Assembly (NCBI GenBank): GCA_963757885.1
Contig: CAVWSS010000006.1
Span: forward strand, 305,500-369,499
Source: an uncultured Acidobacteriota bacterium
GTDB taxonomy: Bacteria > Acidobacteriota > Terriglobia > Acidiferrales > UBA7541
Length of the DNA: 64,000 bases
Direction: 5' to 3'
Shown here: positions 36,903-45,201 of the stretch, in pieces
Position numbering within the stretch: position 1 is the first letter of the stretch
How the letters are laid out: each line of letters begins with the position of its first letter
Notes under the pieces: generated by a model
What the model was told of the DNA's origin: nothing
What the model saw: only the letters and a program-made list of their open reading frames with translations
Database searches by the model: none
Position numbers and translations under genes: made by a program

Positions 36903-38402
36903 CTACAAAATCCCTTCCGTCCAATTCTCCAACGTATGCTTTATCTTCCCCATAAACTGATGTGCAATCGCGCCATCCACCACCCGATGGTCATAGCTCA
37001 GCGTCAGATACACCATCGACCGAATCGCAATCGCATCATCAATCACCACCGGTCGCTTCTGAATCGTGCCCAGCCCCAATATCGCCACATTCGGCTGGCT
37101 GATCACCGGCAGCCCCATTAACCCGCCAAAAACTCCCGGATTCGTAATTGAAAAAGTCCCTTCCGACACTTCCTCCGGCCGCAATTTCTTCGACCGCGCC
37201 CGCTCCGCCAGATCGTTGATCGCGCGCGCGATGCCCAGGAAACTTTTCTCCTCGGCATTCTTAATCACCGGGACAATCAATCCCCAATCGAGCGCCACCG
37301 CGATTCCGATATTCGCTTCCTTGTGCAGCACGATATTCGTACCGTCCACCGACGAATTCACCGTGGGAAATTCCCGCAGCGCTTCCACCGCCGCCCGCAC
37401 AAAGAACGGCATGAAGCTCAACTTGGTCCCCGACGTCTCTTCAAATTTATTCTTCATCTTCGCGCGCAGCGCCGCGATCCCGGTCACGTCCGCCTCGTCA
37501 ATCGAGTACACGTGCGGCGACACGCGCTTCGATAGCACCATGTGCTCGGCAATCTTCTGCCGCATCACCGACATCGGCTGCACTTCGTAATGACCGAAGT
37601 ACATCCGCTCGCGCGGCACCGCGGCATCGAACGCGCCTCCGCGCGCGGTTCCCGCTCCGCTTGAAGCCGGAGGAGGTGGCGGTGGTGGCACACTCGGCCT
37701 TGGCGTCGCTGCCGGCGCAACATAGCCTGCCCCCACGCCTGCTCCATCTCCCGCTTCCGCCCCACCTGCGCCGCCATCAATCGCGCCCAAAATATCTCTC
37801 TTGCTCACTCTGCCGCCCGCGCCGGTGCCAGGCACCTGCGTCAGATCAACTCCGTGTTCCTTAGCCAGCTTTCGCACCAGCGGCGAACTCCGCACCTTTT
37901 CGCGATCGCCAACCGAAGCGCCCCGTTCCTGAGCCTGCACGGGAGCTTGCGTCTCTGTCTTTTGCGCGCTCGCTCGCCCGCTCGGCACTGTCTCCGGCGC
38001 TTCCACCTCCGCGCCATCCGCTTGAGCCTTGGCCTGCGTAGCCTTCCCGCTTGGCGCTGCTACCTGTGGCGCGCCCTTCTTTGCTGCAGGCGCAGCTTCC
38101 GGAGCCGGAGTCGCCGCCTTCTTTGGCACCTCCGCCGCAGGCGCGCTCGTCGCCGCTCCCGCGCCGTCCGCGTCAATCACCGCGACCACCGTCTGCACCG
38201 GCACAGTCTGCCCTTCATTAATCCGAATCTCTTTCAGCACGCCCGCCGACGGCGCAGGAATTTCCGCGTCCACTTTGTCCGTCGAAATTTCGAACAGCGG
38301 CTCGTCCCGCTCAACTTTCTCGCCGGGCTTCTTCAGCCACTTGGTGATCGTTCCTTCAAAAATGCTCTCGCCCATCTGCGGCATCACTACGTCAACGGCC
38401 AT
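36903..38402 (-). CDS. Dihydrolipoamide acyltransferase (E2) of a 2-oxoacid dehydrogenase complex
   Basis: 499 aa. It has a lipoyl domain (EISTDKVDAEIPAP), an Ala/Pro linker, a subunit-binding domain (SPLVRKLAKEHGVDL) and a catalytic DHRVVDG motif. Confidence 0.92.
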   Translation of the reverse strand: MAVDVVMPQMGESIFEGTITKWLKKPGEKVERDEPLFEISTDKVDAEIPAPSAGVLKEIRINEGQTVPVQTVVAVIDADGAGAATSAPAAEVPKKAATPAPEAAPAAKKGAPQVAAPSGKATQAKAQADGAEVEAPETVPSGRASAQKTETQAPVQAQERGASVGDREKVRSSPLVRKLAKEHGVDLTQVPGTGAGGRVSKRDILGAIDGGAGGAEAGDGAGVGAGYVAPAATPRPSVPPPPPPPASSGAGTARGGAFDAAVPRERMYFGHYEVQPMSVMRQKIAEHMVLSKRVSPHVYSIDEADVTGIAALRAKMKNKFEETSGTKLSFMPFFVRAAVEALREFPTVNSSVDGTNIVLHKEANIGIAVALDWGLIVPVIKNAEEKSFLGIARAINDLAERARSKKLRPEEVSEGTFSITNPGVFGGLMGLPVISQPNVAILGLGTIQKRPVVIDDAIAIRSMVYLTLSYDHRVVDGAIAHQFMGKIKHTLENWTEGIL

Positions 38403-38459
38403 GTCCCTCTCCTCGGTCTCTTCCCTTTTTCAGCTTTCCCTCTGCGACTCTGCTTTTCC

Positions 38460-38547
38460 GGGTGCCCCACCTTCGGTTGCGCGCCGTAGGCGCGCTGATA
38501 AATGGACGAAAGTGGGATCGAATGAAATTTAGAGTCTTTGACTTTGC
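38460..38547 (+). repeat. Hairpin repeat R14 (type II tail, long form with nested GC palindrome) inside the E1beta-E2 intercistronic gap
   Basis: gggtgccccaccttcgg-ttgcgcgccgtaggcgcgctgat-aaatggacgaaagtggga-tcgaatgaaatttagagtctttgactttgc. Confidence 0.85.
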
Positions 38548-38572
38548 TTTTCCCTCGCGAAACTCTCGGTTC

Positions 38573-39547
38573 CTAGTATCTCGCCAGCTCCCTTGCTGCC
38601 TCAACCACCTTCCCCGCGTTGGGCAAAAACCTCTCCTCCAACGGAGGCGCGTACGGCACTGGCGTGTCGAGCGACGTCACCCTCACCACCGGCCCATCCA
38701 AATCCTCAAACGCTTCCTCGCAAATAATCTGCGCAATCTCTCCTGCAATCCCGCCCGTCTTTGTGTCCTCGTGCACTACCATCAGTTTATTCGTTTTCTT
38801 CACTGACGCGACAATCGTTTCCTTGTCCAGCGGCAACAAAGTACGCAGGTCGATCACTTCCGCGTCGATCCCTTCCTTCTCTAATTCCGCCGCAGCCTCC
38901 ATCGACGTGTGCGCCATCGCCGCGTACGTCAATATCGTCAAGTCCTTCCCTTCGCGTCGCACCACCGCTTTCCCCAGCGGCACTGTGTACTCTTCCTTCG
39001 GCAATTCCTCCTTAATTCGCCGATACAAAAATTTGTGCTCGAAGAAAAGCACCGGATTATTGTCCCGCACCGCCGACTTCAGCAGCCCCTTCGCGTCATA
39101 CGGCGTCGACGGATAAACCACCTTCAGTCCCGGCGTATGCACAAAATACATTTCCGGATTCGCCGAATGAAATGGGCCCCCGCGCACTCCGCCTCCCGAC
39201 GGCCCTCTCAACACCATCGGTGCCGGCGCACCCCACAAGTAGTGCCCCTTAGCCACAAAATTGGTCACCTGATTGAAGCAGCATGCAATGAAATCGATAA
39301 ACTGCATCTCCGCGATCGGACGCAATCCCAAATAACTCATCCCGCAAGCCGCGCCCACGATCGCCGTCTCGCTGATCGGCGTATCGATTACTCGCTCCGG
39401 CCCAAAGCGGTCCAGCAGCCCCTCGGTCGCCTTGAACGCGCCGCCGTATATCCCAATATCCTCGCCCATCGCGACCACCGCCGGATCGCGTTCCATTTCC
39501 TCAAACATTGCCTGCCGGATCGCTTCCAGCATCGTCACCGGAGCCAT
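38573..39547 (-). CDS. 2-oxoacid dehydrogenase E1 component, beta subunit
   Basis: 324 aa. It is transketolase-like, with a typical E1beta N-terminus (MLEAIRQAMFEEMERDPAVVAMGEDIG). Confidence 0.92.
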   Translation of the reverse strand: MAPVTMLEAIRQAMFEEMERDPAVVAMGEDIGIYGGAFKATEGLLDRFGPERVIDTPISETAIVGAACGMSYLGLRPIAEMQFIDFIACCFNQVTNFVAKGHYLWGAPAPMVLRGPSGGGVRGGPFHSANPEMYFVHTPGLKVVYPSTPYDAKGLLKSAVRDNNPVLFFEHKFLYRRIKEELPKEEYTVPLGKAVVRREGKDLTILTYAAMAHTSMEAAAELEKEGIDAEVIDLRTLLPLDKETIVASVKKTNKLMVVHEDTKTGGIAGEIAQIICEEAFEDLDGPVVRVTSLDTPVPYAPPLEERFLPNAGKVVEAARELARY

Positions 39548-40947
39548 TAGCGTCGCCCCTTCTTGGCACTCGATTTACTCTTCTTCGCCCCGTTCGATCG
39601 ACCGGCTGGCTTCCCCGATCCATTCGCAAGCGATCCGCTCGACTTCCTCGCCGCCGATGAAACCGGTGAACCCGCCGCCCCCGGCCCTACACTCACCGCC
39701 TCGCCTTCCTCTTCCTTCGTGACCAGCGCATTCACGTGACCCGGCTCCGGTGCGTACGCCGCGCGCTCCTCGCGCGTCTCCCGGCTCTCCGGCTCGCACT
39801 GACCGTAATCTTCCACATTCCACTTCGCCTCGCACACTGTCCGCGGCGGCATCACTTCTTCCTTCGGTCTTTGCCAATCCGCTTCAATCGCGTGGCAACC
39901 GTTCTCGCAATAAACTCCCTGCTCGGCCAATTCCGGCGGCGGCAGCGGCGAATTCTCCGCAAACTCCAATTCCCCCTTCAGCAGATCCGCAATTCGTTTC
40001 TCCACCTTCTCCTTATCGCCCGCGCTCCACAGCTTCCGCTCCGTCAAATACTTTTCATAACGCGCAATCGGATCCCGCTGCTCCCAAAATTCCCTCATCT
40101 CCTTGGGCACATACTCAGCCGGGTCGTGCTGCGCATGTCCGCGCATCCGGTGCGTCTTCGCTTCGATCAACACGGGCCCCTCGCCCTTCCTGCACAAATC
40201 CACCGCGCGCCGCGAAGTTTCAAACACCGCCGCCACGTCGTTCCCATCCACAATCATGGTGTTGATTCCATACGCCCGCCCGCGATCCGCCAAATCCCGC
40301 AGCGGCACCTGCTTGCTCACATGCGTTGAATACGCCCACTGGTTATTCTCCAACACCAGCACCAACGGAGCCTTCTGTGACGCCGCTAAATTCAATCCCT
40401 CGTGAAACGCGCCCGTTGAACTCCCGCCATCTCCGATCCACGTCATGGCCACAATGTTCTGCCCCAGATAACGCCCCGCCATCCCCACTCCGGTCATCAC
40501 CGGAATCAAATCGCCCAGCATCGAAATCGGCGACACGATGTGCAAATTCTTCAGATCCCCAAAATGGCTCGTCCCGTCTTTTCCCTGTGTCGGCGACGTG
40601 TACTTGGCCATGTGCTGCGTGAAAATGTCCCGCGGCGGGACGCCCTTCACCAACAGCGCCCCAATATTTCGGATCATCGGTGCGAGCCAATCGCGCTTCT
40701 CCAGCGCGTACGCCGTTCCCACCGAAATCCCTTCCTGCCCCAAACTTGAATACAGCCCGCCCACAATCTTGTTCTGCCGGAACAGCTTCCCCATCTGGTC
40801 TTCGACCGCCCGGTTCAGCCGCATGTAGTAATACAAATCGAGATGCTGCTCACGCGTAATCCCCCGCGCGCCATTCCCCGCCGCGCCCGACCCATTCACC
40901 CGTTTCCCCGTTGCCTTCGAACTCATCTCCTCACTCCCTCTCCCCAT
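39547..40947 (-). CDS. 2-oxoacid dehydrogenase E1 component, alpha subunit (TPP-binding) with ~100-aa charged C-terminal extension
   Basis: 466 aa with the TPP motif GDGGSSTGAFHEGLNLA. Its stop overlaps the E1beta start (TAATG). Confidence 0.9.
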   Translation of the reverse strand: MGRGSEEMSSKATGKRVNGSGAAGNGARGITREQHLDLYYYMRLNRAVEDQMGKLFRQNKIVGGLYSSLGQEGISVGTAYALEKRDWLAPMIRNIGALLVKGVPPRDIFTQHMAKYTSPTQGKDGTSHFGDLKNLHIVSPISMLGDLIPVMTGVGMAGRYLGQNIVAMTWIGDGGSSTGAFHEGLNLAASQKAPLVLVLENNQWAYSTHVSKQVPLRDLADRGRAYGINTMIVDGNDVAAVFETSRRAVDLCRKGEGPVLIEAKTHRMRGHAQHDPAEYVPKEMREFWEQRDPIARYEKYLTERKLWSAGDKEKVEKRIADLLKGELEFAENSPLPPPELAEQGVYCENGCHAIEADWQRPKEEVMPPRTVCEAKWNVEDYGQCEPESRETREERAAYAPEPGHVNALVTKEEEGEAVSVGPGAAGSPVSSAARKSSGSLANGSGKPAGRSNGAKKSKSSAKKGRR

Positions 40948-41003
40948 TCTCTCAAATTACCATCCTCCTCGCTCCCGCCGTTGCTTATATCTCGCCGCGA
41001 CTC

Positions 41004-41756
41004 TTATCCCGCCTTCACCGCCAGCGCGCTCTCCGCCTTTGCCTTCTTCATGTCCATTCCAAAAACATCCCCAAAATGGCTCACCACCGCATCCCTCACC
41101 TTCTCCATATCCACACCGCGCCCCAACACCTTCTCCAGCGACGTCGCCCGCTTCCCTACCAACCCACACGGCACAATCAAATCAAAGTGCCTCAAATCCG
41201 TGGCCACATTAAACGCAAACCCGTGCGACGTAACCCACCGGCTCAAATGCACTCCCAGCGCTCCCAACTTCTCGCTTCCTTGCCGCGTATCCACCCAAAC
41301 TCCATGCATCCCATCTTCGCGATGCGCCGCCACTCCAAAATCTGCCGCTACCCGAATCATCACTTCTTCAAGCTGTGCCACATACCAACGCACATCCCGT
41401 CGGTGCTCCGTCAAATCCACAATCGGGTAGCCAACAATCTGCCCCGGCCCGTGATACGTAATGTCCCCGCCCCGATCCGTCAGCCGGTACTCAATCCCCA
41501 TTTGCTTCAGCACTCGCTCGCTCGCCCGCAAATTCCCCGCGTCGCCATTCCGCCCCAGCGTGATCACCGGTGGATGCGCGCACATCAGCAACACATCCGG
41601 CACTCGCCCCGCTTTCCTACCCTCCACAAACAGCTTCTGTAGCTCACACCCCGCCCCATACTTCACCACCCCCACATCCACCCACCACCCGTCTCTTAAT
41701 TTATGGTTCACGCCGGTTTTGCCTTTGATTAGGAACTTCCTGCGGTTCGCCCACAC
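41004..41756 (-). CDS. lipB: Lipoyl(octanoyl) transferase
   Basis: 250 aa with HPPVITLGRNG, RGGDITYHGPGQIVGYPI and KLGALGVHLSRWVTSHGFAFNV. The exact start is uncertain. Confidence 0.88.
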   Translation of the reverse strand: MWANRRKFLIKGKTGVNHKLRDGWWVDVGVVKYGAGCELQKLFVEGRKAGRVPDVLLMCAHPPVITLGRNGDAGNLRASERVLKQMGIEYRLTDRGGDITYHGPGQIVGYPIVDLTEHRRDVRWYVAQLEEVMIRVAADFGVAAHREDGMHGVWVDTRQGSEKLGALGVHLSRWVTSHGFAFNVATDLRHFDLIVPCGLVGKRATSLEKVLGRGVDMEKVRDAVVSHFGDVFGMDMKKAKAESALAVKAG

Positions 41757-41777
41757 GTGACGTGCGAGAGATTTTTC

Positions 41778-41839
41778 GGGTGCCCCACTTTCTGGTGTTA
41801 GAAAGTGGGAAAGAATGAAACCTAAAGCCTTTGACTTGC
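41778..41839 (+). repeat. Hairpin repeat R15 (type II tail, short form) between lpdA and lipB
   Basis: gggtgccccactttct-ggtgtt-agaaagtggga-aagaatgaaacctaaagcctttgacttgc. Confidence 0.85.
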
Positions 41840-41861
41840 TTTCCTCTCCGAGGTCCTCAAA

Positions 41862-43259
41862 CTACGCGTTAATACTCAGCCCCCTCACCGAATTAAACGC
41901 ATCTCCCATCGCTTCCCACACCGTCGGATGCGCATGGATCATCGCTGCCATATCATCCAGCGTCGCCTCGAGTCCAATCGCCGCTACCGGCTCGGCAATA
42001 ATCTCCGTCGCCAAGACGCCAATCGCGTGCACTCCTAAAATCTCGCCGTACTTCTCCTCAGCCACCACCTTAATAAACCCGTCGTGATGCCCCAAAATCG
42101 ACGCCTTGCTATTCCCCACAAACGGAAACTTCCCCACCTTCACTTTCATCCCGCTCTCTCGTGCCTGCTTCTCCGTCAATCCAATCGAACCGATCTGCGG
42201 CTCGCAGTACGTGCAGGCCGGGCAACGCCGCCGGTCAAACGGCTGCACATCCTTCCCCGCCATCCTGCCCACCGCGATCAACCCTTCCATCGACGCGGCA
42301 TGCGCCAGTTGCGGCAATCCCGCCACAATGTCTCCAATCGCATACAAATTCGGCTCGGCCGTCTCCATATGCGAATTGGTGTGCACGAATCCGCGCTCCA
42401 GCTTCACCTTCGTTTTCTCCAGCCCGCAATTCTCCGTCAGCGGCCGCCTGCCCACCGCAATCAACACTTTCTCCGCGGCAATCGTTTCCGACTTCCCCGC
42501 CTTATCGTTAAACGCCACCGCCACTCCGCCCTTCTCCTTCTTCACTGACATCACCATCGCTTCGGTCACAATCCGGATTCCGCGCTTCTTAAATTGCTTC
42601 TGCAACTCCGCCGAAATTTCCTCATCCTCCAGCGGCACCGCGCGCGGCAACATCTCCAAAATCGTCACGTCTGTCCCAAAACTCTTGTAGATCGACGCAA
42701 ACTCCACTCCCACCGCCCCCGCTCCCACCACCACTAAACTCTTCGGGATTTGCGGCAGCTGCAAAATTTCCCGGTTGCTCAAAATATCCTTTCCATCCAT
42801 CTCCACCGTTGGCAGCGAACGCGCTTCCGACCCTGTCGCCAGCATGGTGTACTTCGTCTCGAGCTCCGTTTTTTTCCCGCCGGCTTCAACGCTCACCCGC
42901 CCCGGCCCGGCAATTCGCCCCCAGCCCGTGACCGTCTCGATCTTGTGCTTGCGAAACAAAAACTCGATCCCCTTCGCATGCTTGCTGACAATCTTCTGCT
43001 TCCGCTCCAGCCCAGCCTTCCAATTCACCTTCACGTCCTTCACTTCAAATCCAAACTCCGCCGCCCGCTGGAAATTCTCGTAAATCTCTGCATGATGTAG
43101 CAGCACCTTGGTCGGTATGCACCCTACGTGCAAACACGTCCCGCCCAAGAACGGGTCCTTTTCCACCACCGCCGTCTTCAACCCATACTGCGCGGCGCGT
43201 ATCGCGGCTACATAGCCGCCCGGACCGCTTCCAATGATCACCAAATCATACTTAGCCAA
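41862..43259 (-). CDS. lpdA: Dihydrolipoyl dehydrogenase (E3)
   Basis: 465 aa with GSGPGGYVAAIRAAQYG and the redox disulfide GGTCLHVGCIPTK. Confidence 0.93.
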   Translation of the reverse strand: MAKYDLVIIGSGPGGYVAAIRAAQYGLKTAVVEKDPFLGGTCLHVGCIPTKVLLHHAEIYENFQRAAEFGFEVKDVKVNWKAGLERKQKIVSKHAKGIEFLFRKHKIETVTGWGRIAGPGRVSVEAGGKKTELETKYTMLATGSEARSLPTVEMDGKDILSNREILQLPQIPKSLVVVGAGAVGVEFASIYKSFGTDVTILEMLPRAVPLEDEEISAELQKQFKKRGIRIVTEAMVMSVKKEKGGVAVAFNDKAGKSETIAAEKVLIAVGRRPLTENCGLEKTKVKLERGFVHTNSHMETAEPNLYAIGDIVAGLPQLAHAASMEGLIAVGRMAGKDVQPFDRRRCPACTYCEPQIGSIGLTEKQARESGMKVKVGKFPFVGNSKASILGHHDGFIKVVAEEKYGEILGVHAIGVLATEIIAEPVAAIGLEATLDDMAAMIHAHPTVWEAMGDAFNSVRGLSINA

Positions 43260-43340
43260 GCGGGTCTCCTAACTCGGGCGCCCTCAACGCATCCGGGCAC
43301 GCCGAACCTTGCAATCATTCCACTCCATAACACAAATGCT

Positions 43341-43357
43341 TCAACTTAATAAGTTGA
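43341..43357. promoter_or_regulatory. 17-bp palindrome in the lpdA / Fe-S-subunit divergent promoter region (candidate operator)
   Basis: TCAACTTA-A-TAAGTTGA: perfect 8-bp arms in an AT-rich stretch. Confidence 0.35.
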
Positions 43358-43501
43358 TTCAATTCATAAATTGTTTCACAGCTCCCCACTCCCGTCCAAT
43401 TTCCTCGCCAAACATTTGCCCTTAACCCCGCCACAATTTGCTGCGCCCGACTATCCTCTATGCTAGCCTTCCACTCATCTATTGGATGAAAGAAGGTTTC
43501 A

Positions 43502-44146
43502 ATGCCGAAAAAACCTGAAAACCCTAAAAAATCCGACTCCTCGAATCCCACTCGCCGTGAATTTCTTTCGACCGCCGGCAATACCGCCGCTGCTACCTTG
43601 ATCGCTGGATACCTGCCGATGCATCCCGGCGCGTCGGAGCAAAGCGCACCTGACGCCAATGCCGGCCAGTCACCGATCGAAGGTGCAGTCCCCATGACTC
43701 TGCGCATCAATGGCGTCGACCGCCAGCTTCGCATCGATCCGCGCACCACACTGCTCGATTGCATTCGCGAGAGTGTCGTCCTCACCGGCACAAAGAAGGG
43801 CTGCGATCACGGCCAATGTGGCGCCTGCACGGTTCACGTGAATGGCCGACGGGTCGTCTCCTGCCTAAGTCTCGCCCTGATGCACGACGGCGAGGAAATC
43901 ACCACCATCGAGGGCTTGGGCACGCCCGAGGCGATGCACCCAATGCAGGCCGCATTCCTCGCCTGCGATGGCTATCAATGCGGATATTGCACCTCCGGCC
44001 AAATCATGTCCGCCGTCGCGCTACTCAAAGAACGATGCGGGCCCGATGACGCCGCAGTAAAGGAACTAATGAGCGGCAACATCTGCCGCTGCGGCGCCTA
44101 CGCCAATATCACCGCCGCCATCCAACAAGTCCGCAAAGGCGCGTAG
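43502..44146 (+). CDS. Tat-exported [2Fe-2S] subunit of a xanthine-dehydrogenase-family oxidoreductase (PaoA-like)
   Basis: 214 aa with a twin-arginine motif (TRREFL) and Cys clusters [11 protein letters not shown] and CGYCTSGQ. Confidence 0.88.
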   Translation: MPKKPENPKKSDSSNPTRREFLSTAGNTAAATLIAGYLPMHPGASEQSAPDANAGQSPIEGAVPMTLRINGVDRQLRIDPRTTLLDCIRESVVLTGTKKGCDHGQCGACTVHVNGRRVVSCLSLALMHDGEEITTIEGLGTPEAMHPMQAAFLACDGYQCGYCTSGQIMSAVALLKERCGPDDAAVKELMSGNICRCGAYANITAAIQQVRKGA

Positions 44147-44165
44147 CACGCGCAGGAGGGATTCA

Positions 44166-45183
44166 ATGCACGCCTTCGAGTTCATTCGACCCGAAACTTC
44201 CGACGCGGCCATCAAGGCGGCCGCCCAGTCCAAAACCGCGCAACAGGGTGCCGACGTGCGCTTCATCGCCGGCGGCACTACTTTGCTCGACCTGATGAAG
44301 CTCGAAGTCGAAACTCCCGCGCGTCTGCTCGACGTGAACCGCCTCCCGCTCGACAAGATCGAAGAACTTCCCAGTGGCGGCTTAAAGATCGGCGCCACCG
44401 TGCGCAATTCCGATCTGGCCCATCATCCCCGAGTGCAGCGCGATTATGCGGTGCTCTCCCAAGCCATCCTCGCCGGCGCTTCCGCCCAGCTTCGCAACAT
44501 GGCCACCACCGCGGGCAATTTGCTCCAGCGCACCCGCTGCATGTACTTCCGCGACGCAGCCATGCCCTGCAACAAGCGCGAGCCTGGATCCGGCTGTCCA
44601 GCAATCATCGGAGCCAACCGCACTCTCGCGATTCTCGGCACCAGCGAACATTGCATCGCTACCCATCCCTCCGATATGTGCGTGGCCATGGCCGCGCTCG
44701 AAGCAACCATCCACGTCGACGGCCTGAAAGGTTCACGGGCAATTCCTATCGGCGAATTTCATTTACTTCCCGGCAACACTCCGCATCGCGAAACAGTCCT
44801 CGAACCAGGCGACCTCATCACTCACGTCACTCTGCCGCCGCCTCGTTCCGGCAGCCGCCAGGTCTACTTGAAATTGCGCGATCGCGCGTCCTACGAATTT
44901 GCCCTTGCCTCCGCCGCGGTGGTGTTGAATATCGCTGACGGCCACGTCACTTCCGTCCGCGTCGCGCTGGGCGGCGTGGGCACCAAACCCTGGCGATCGC
45001 CTGAAGCGGAAGCCGCGCTCATACGGCAAGCCCGCCGACCCAGCAAACTTCCGCAAAGCTGCCGAGGCCGCTTTGCGCATCGCCAAGCCGCAAAGCCATA
45101 ACAAATTCAAAATCGAACTCGCCAAGCGCTGCCTGACGCACGCCTTACAAACCGCCGCGACCGCTCGGACCGCGAACGCCTAG
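44166..45183 (+). pseudogene. FAD-binding subunit of the same oxidoreductase (PaoB-like) with a +1 frameshift at about 45021
   Basis: The track ORF ends at 45101 with an implausible tail ([18 protein letters not shown]..). The frame from 45022 reads [53 protein letters not shown] and ends at 45183, 18 nt before the next gene's ATG and ahead of its AGGAG RBS. Total length is 1018 nt, which is 3n+1. Confidence 0.8.
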
Positions 45184-45201
45184 CCCATCGAAGGAGAACA
45201 C

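Noticed and set aside
8848-41839. Whether the repeated hairpins are a CRISPR array.
   Set aside because: The copies are kilobases apart in separate intergenic gaps. There are no uniform spacers, no cas genes, and the stems are variable in sequence.
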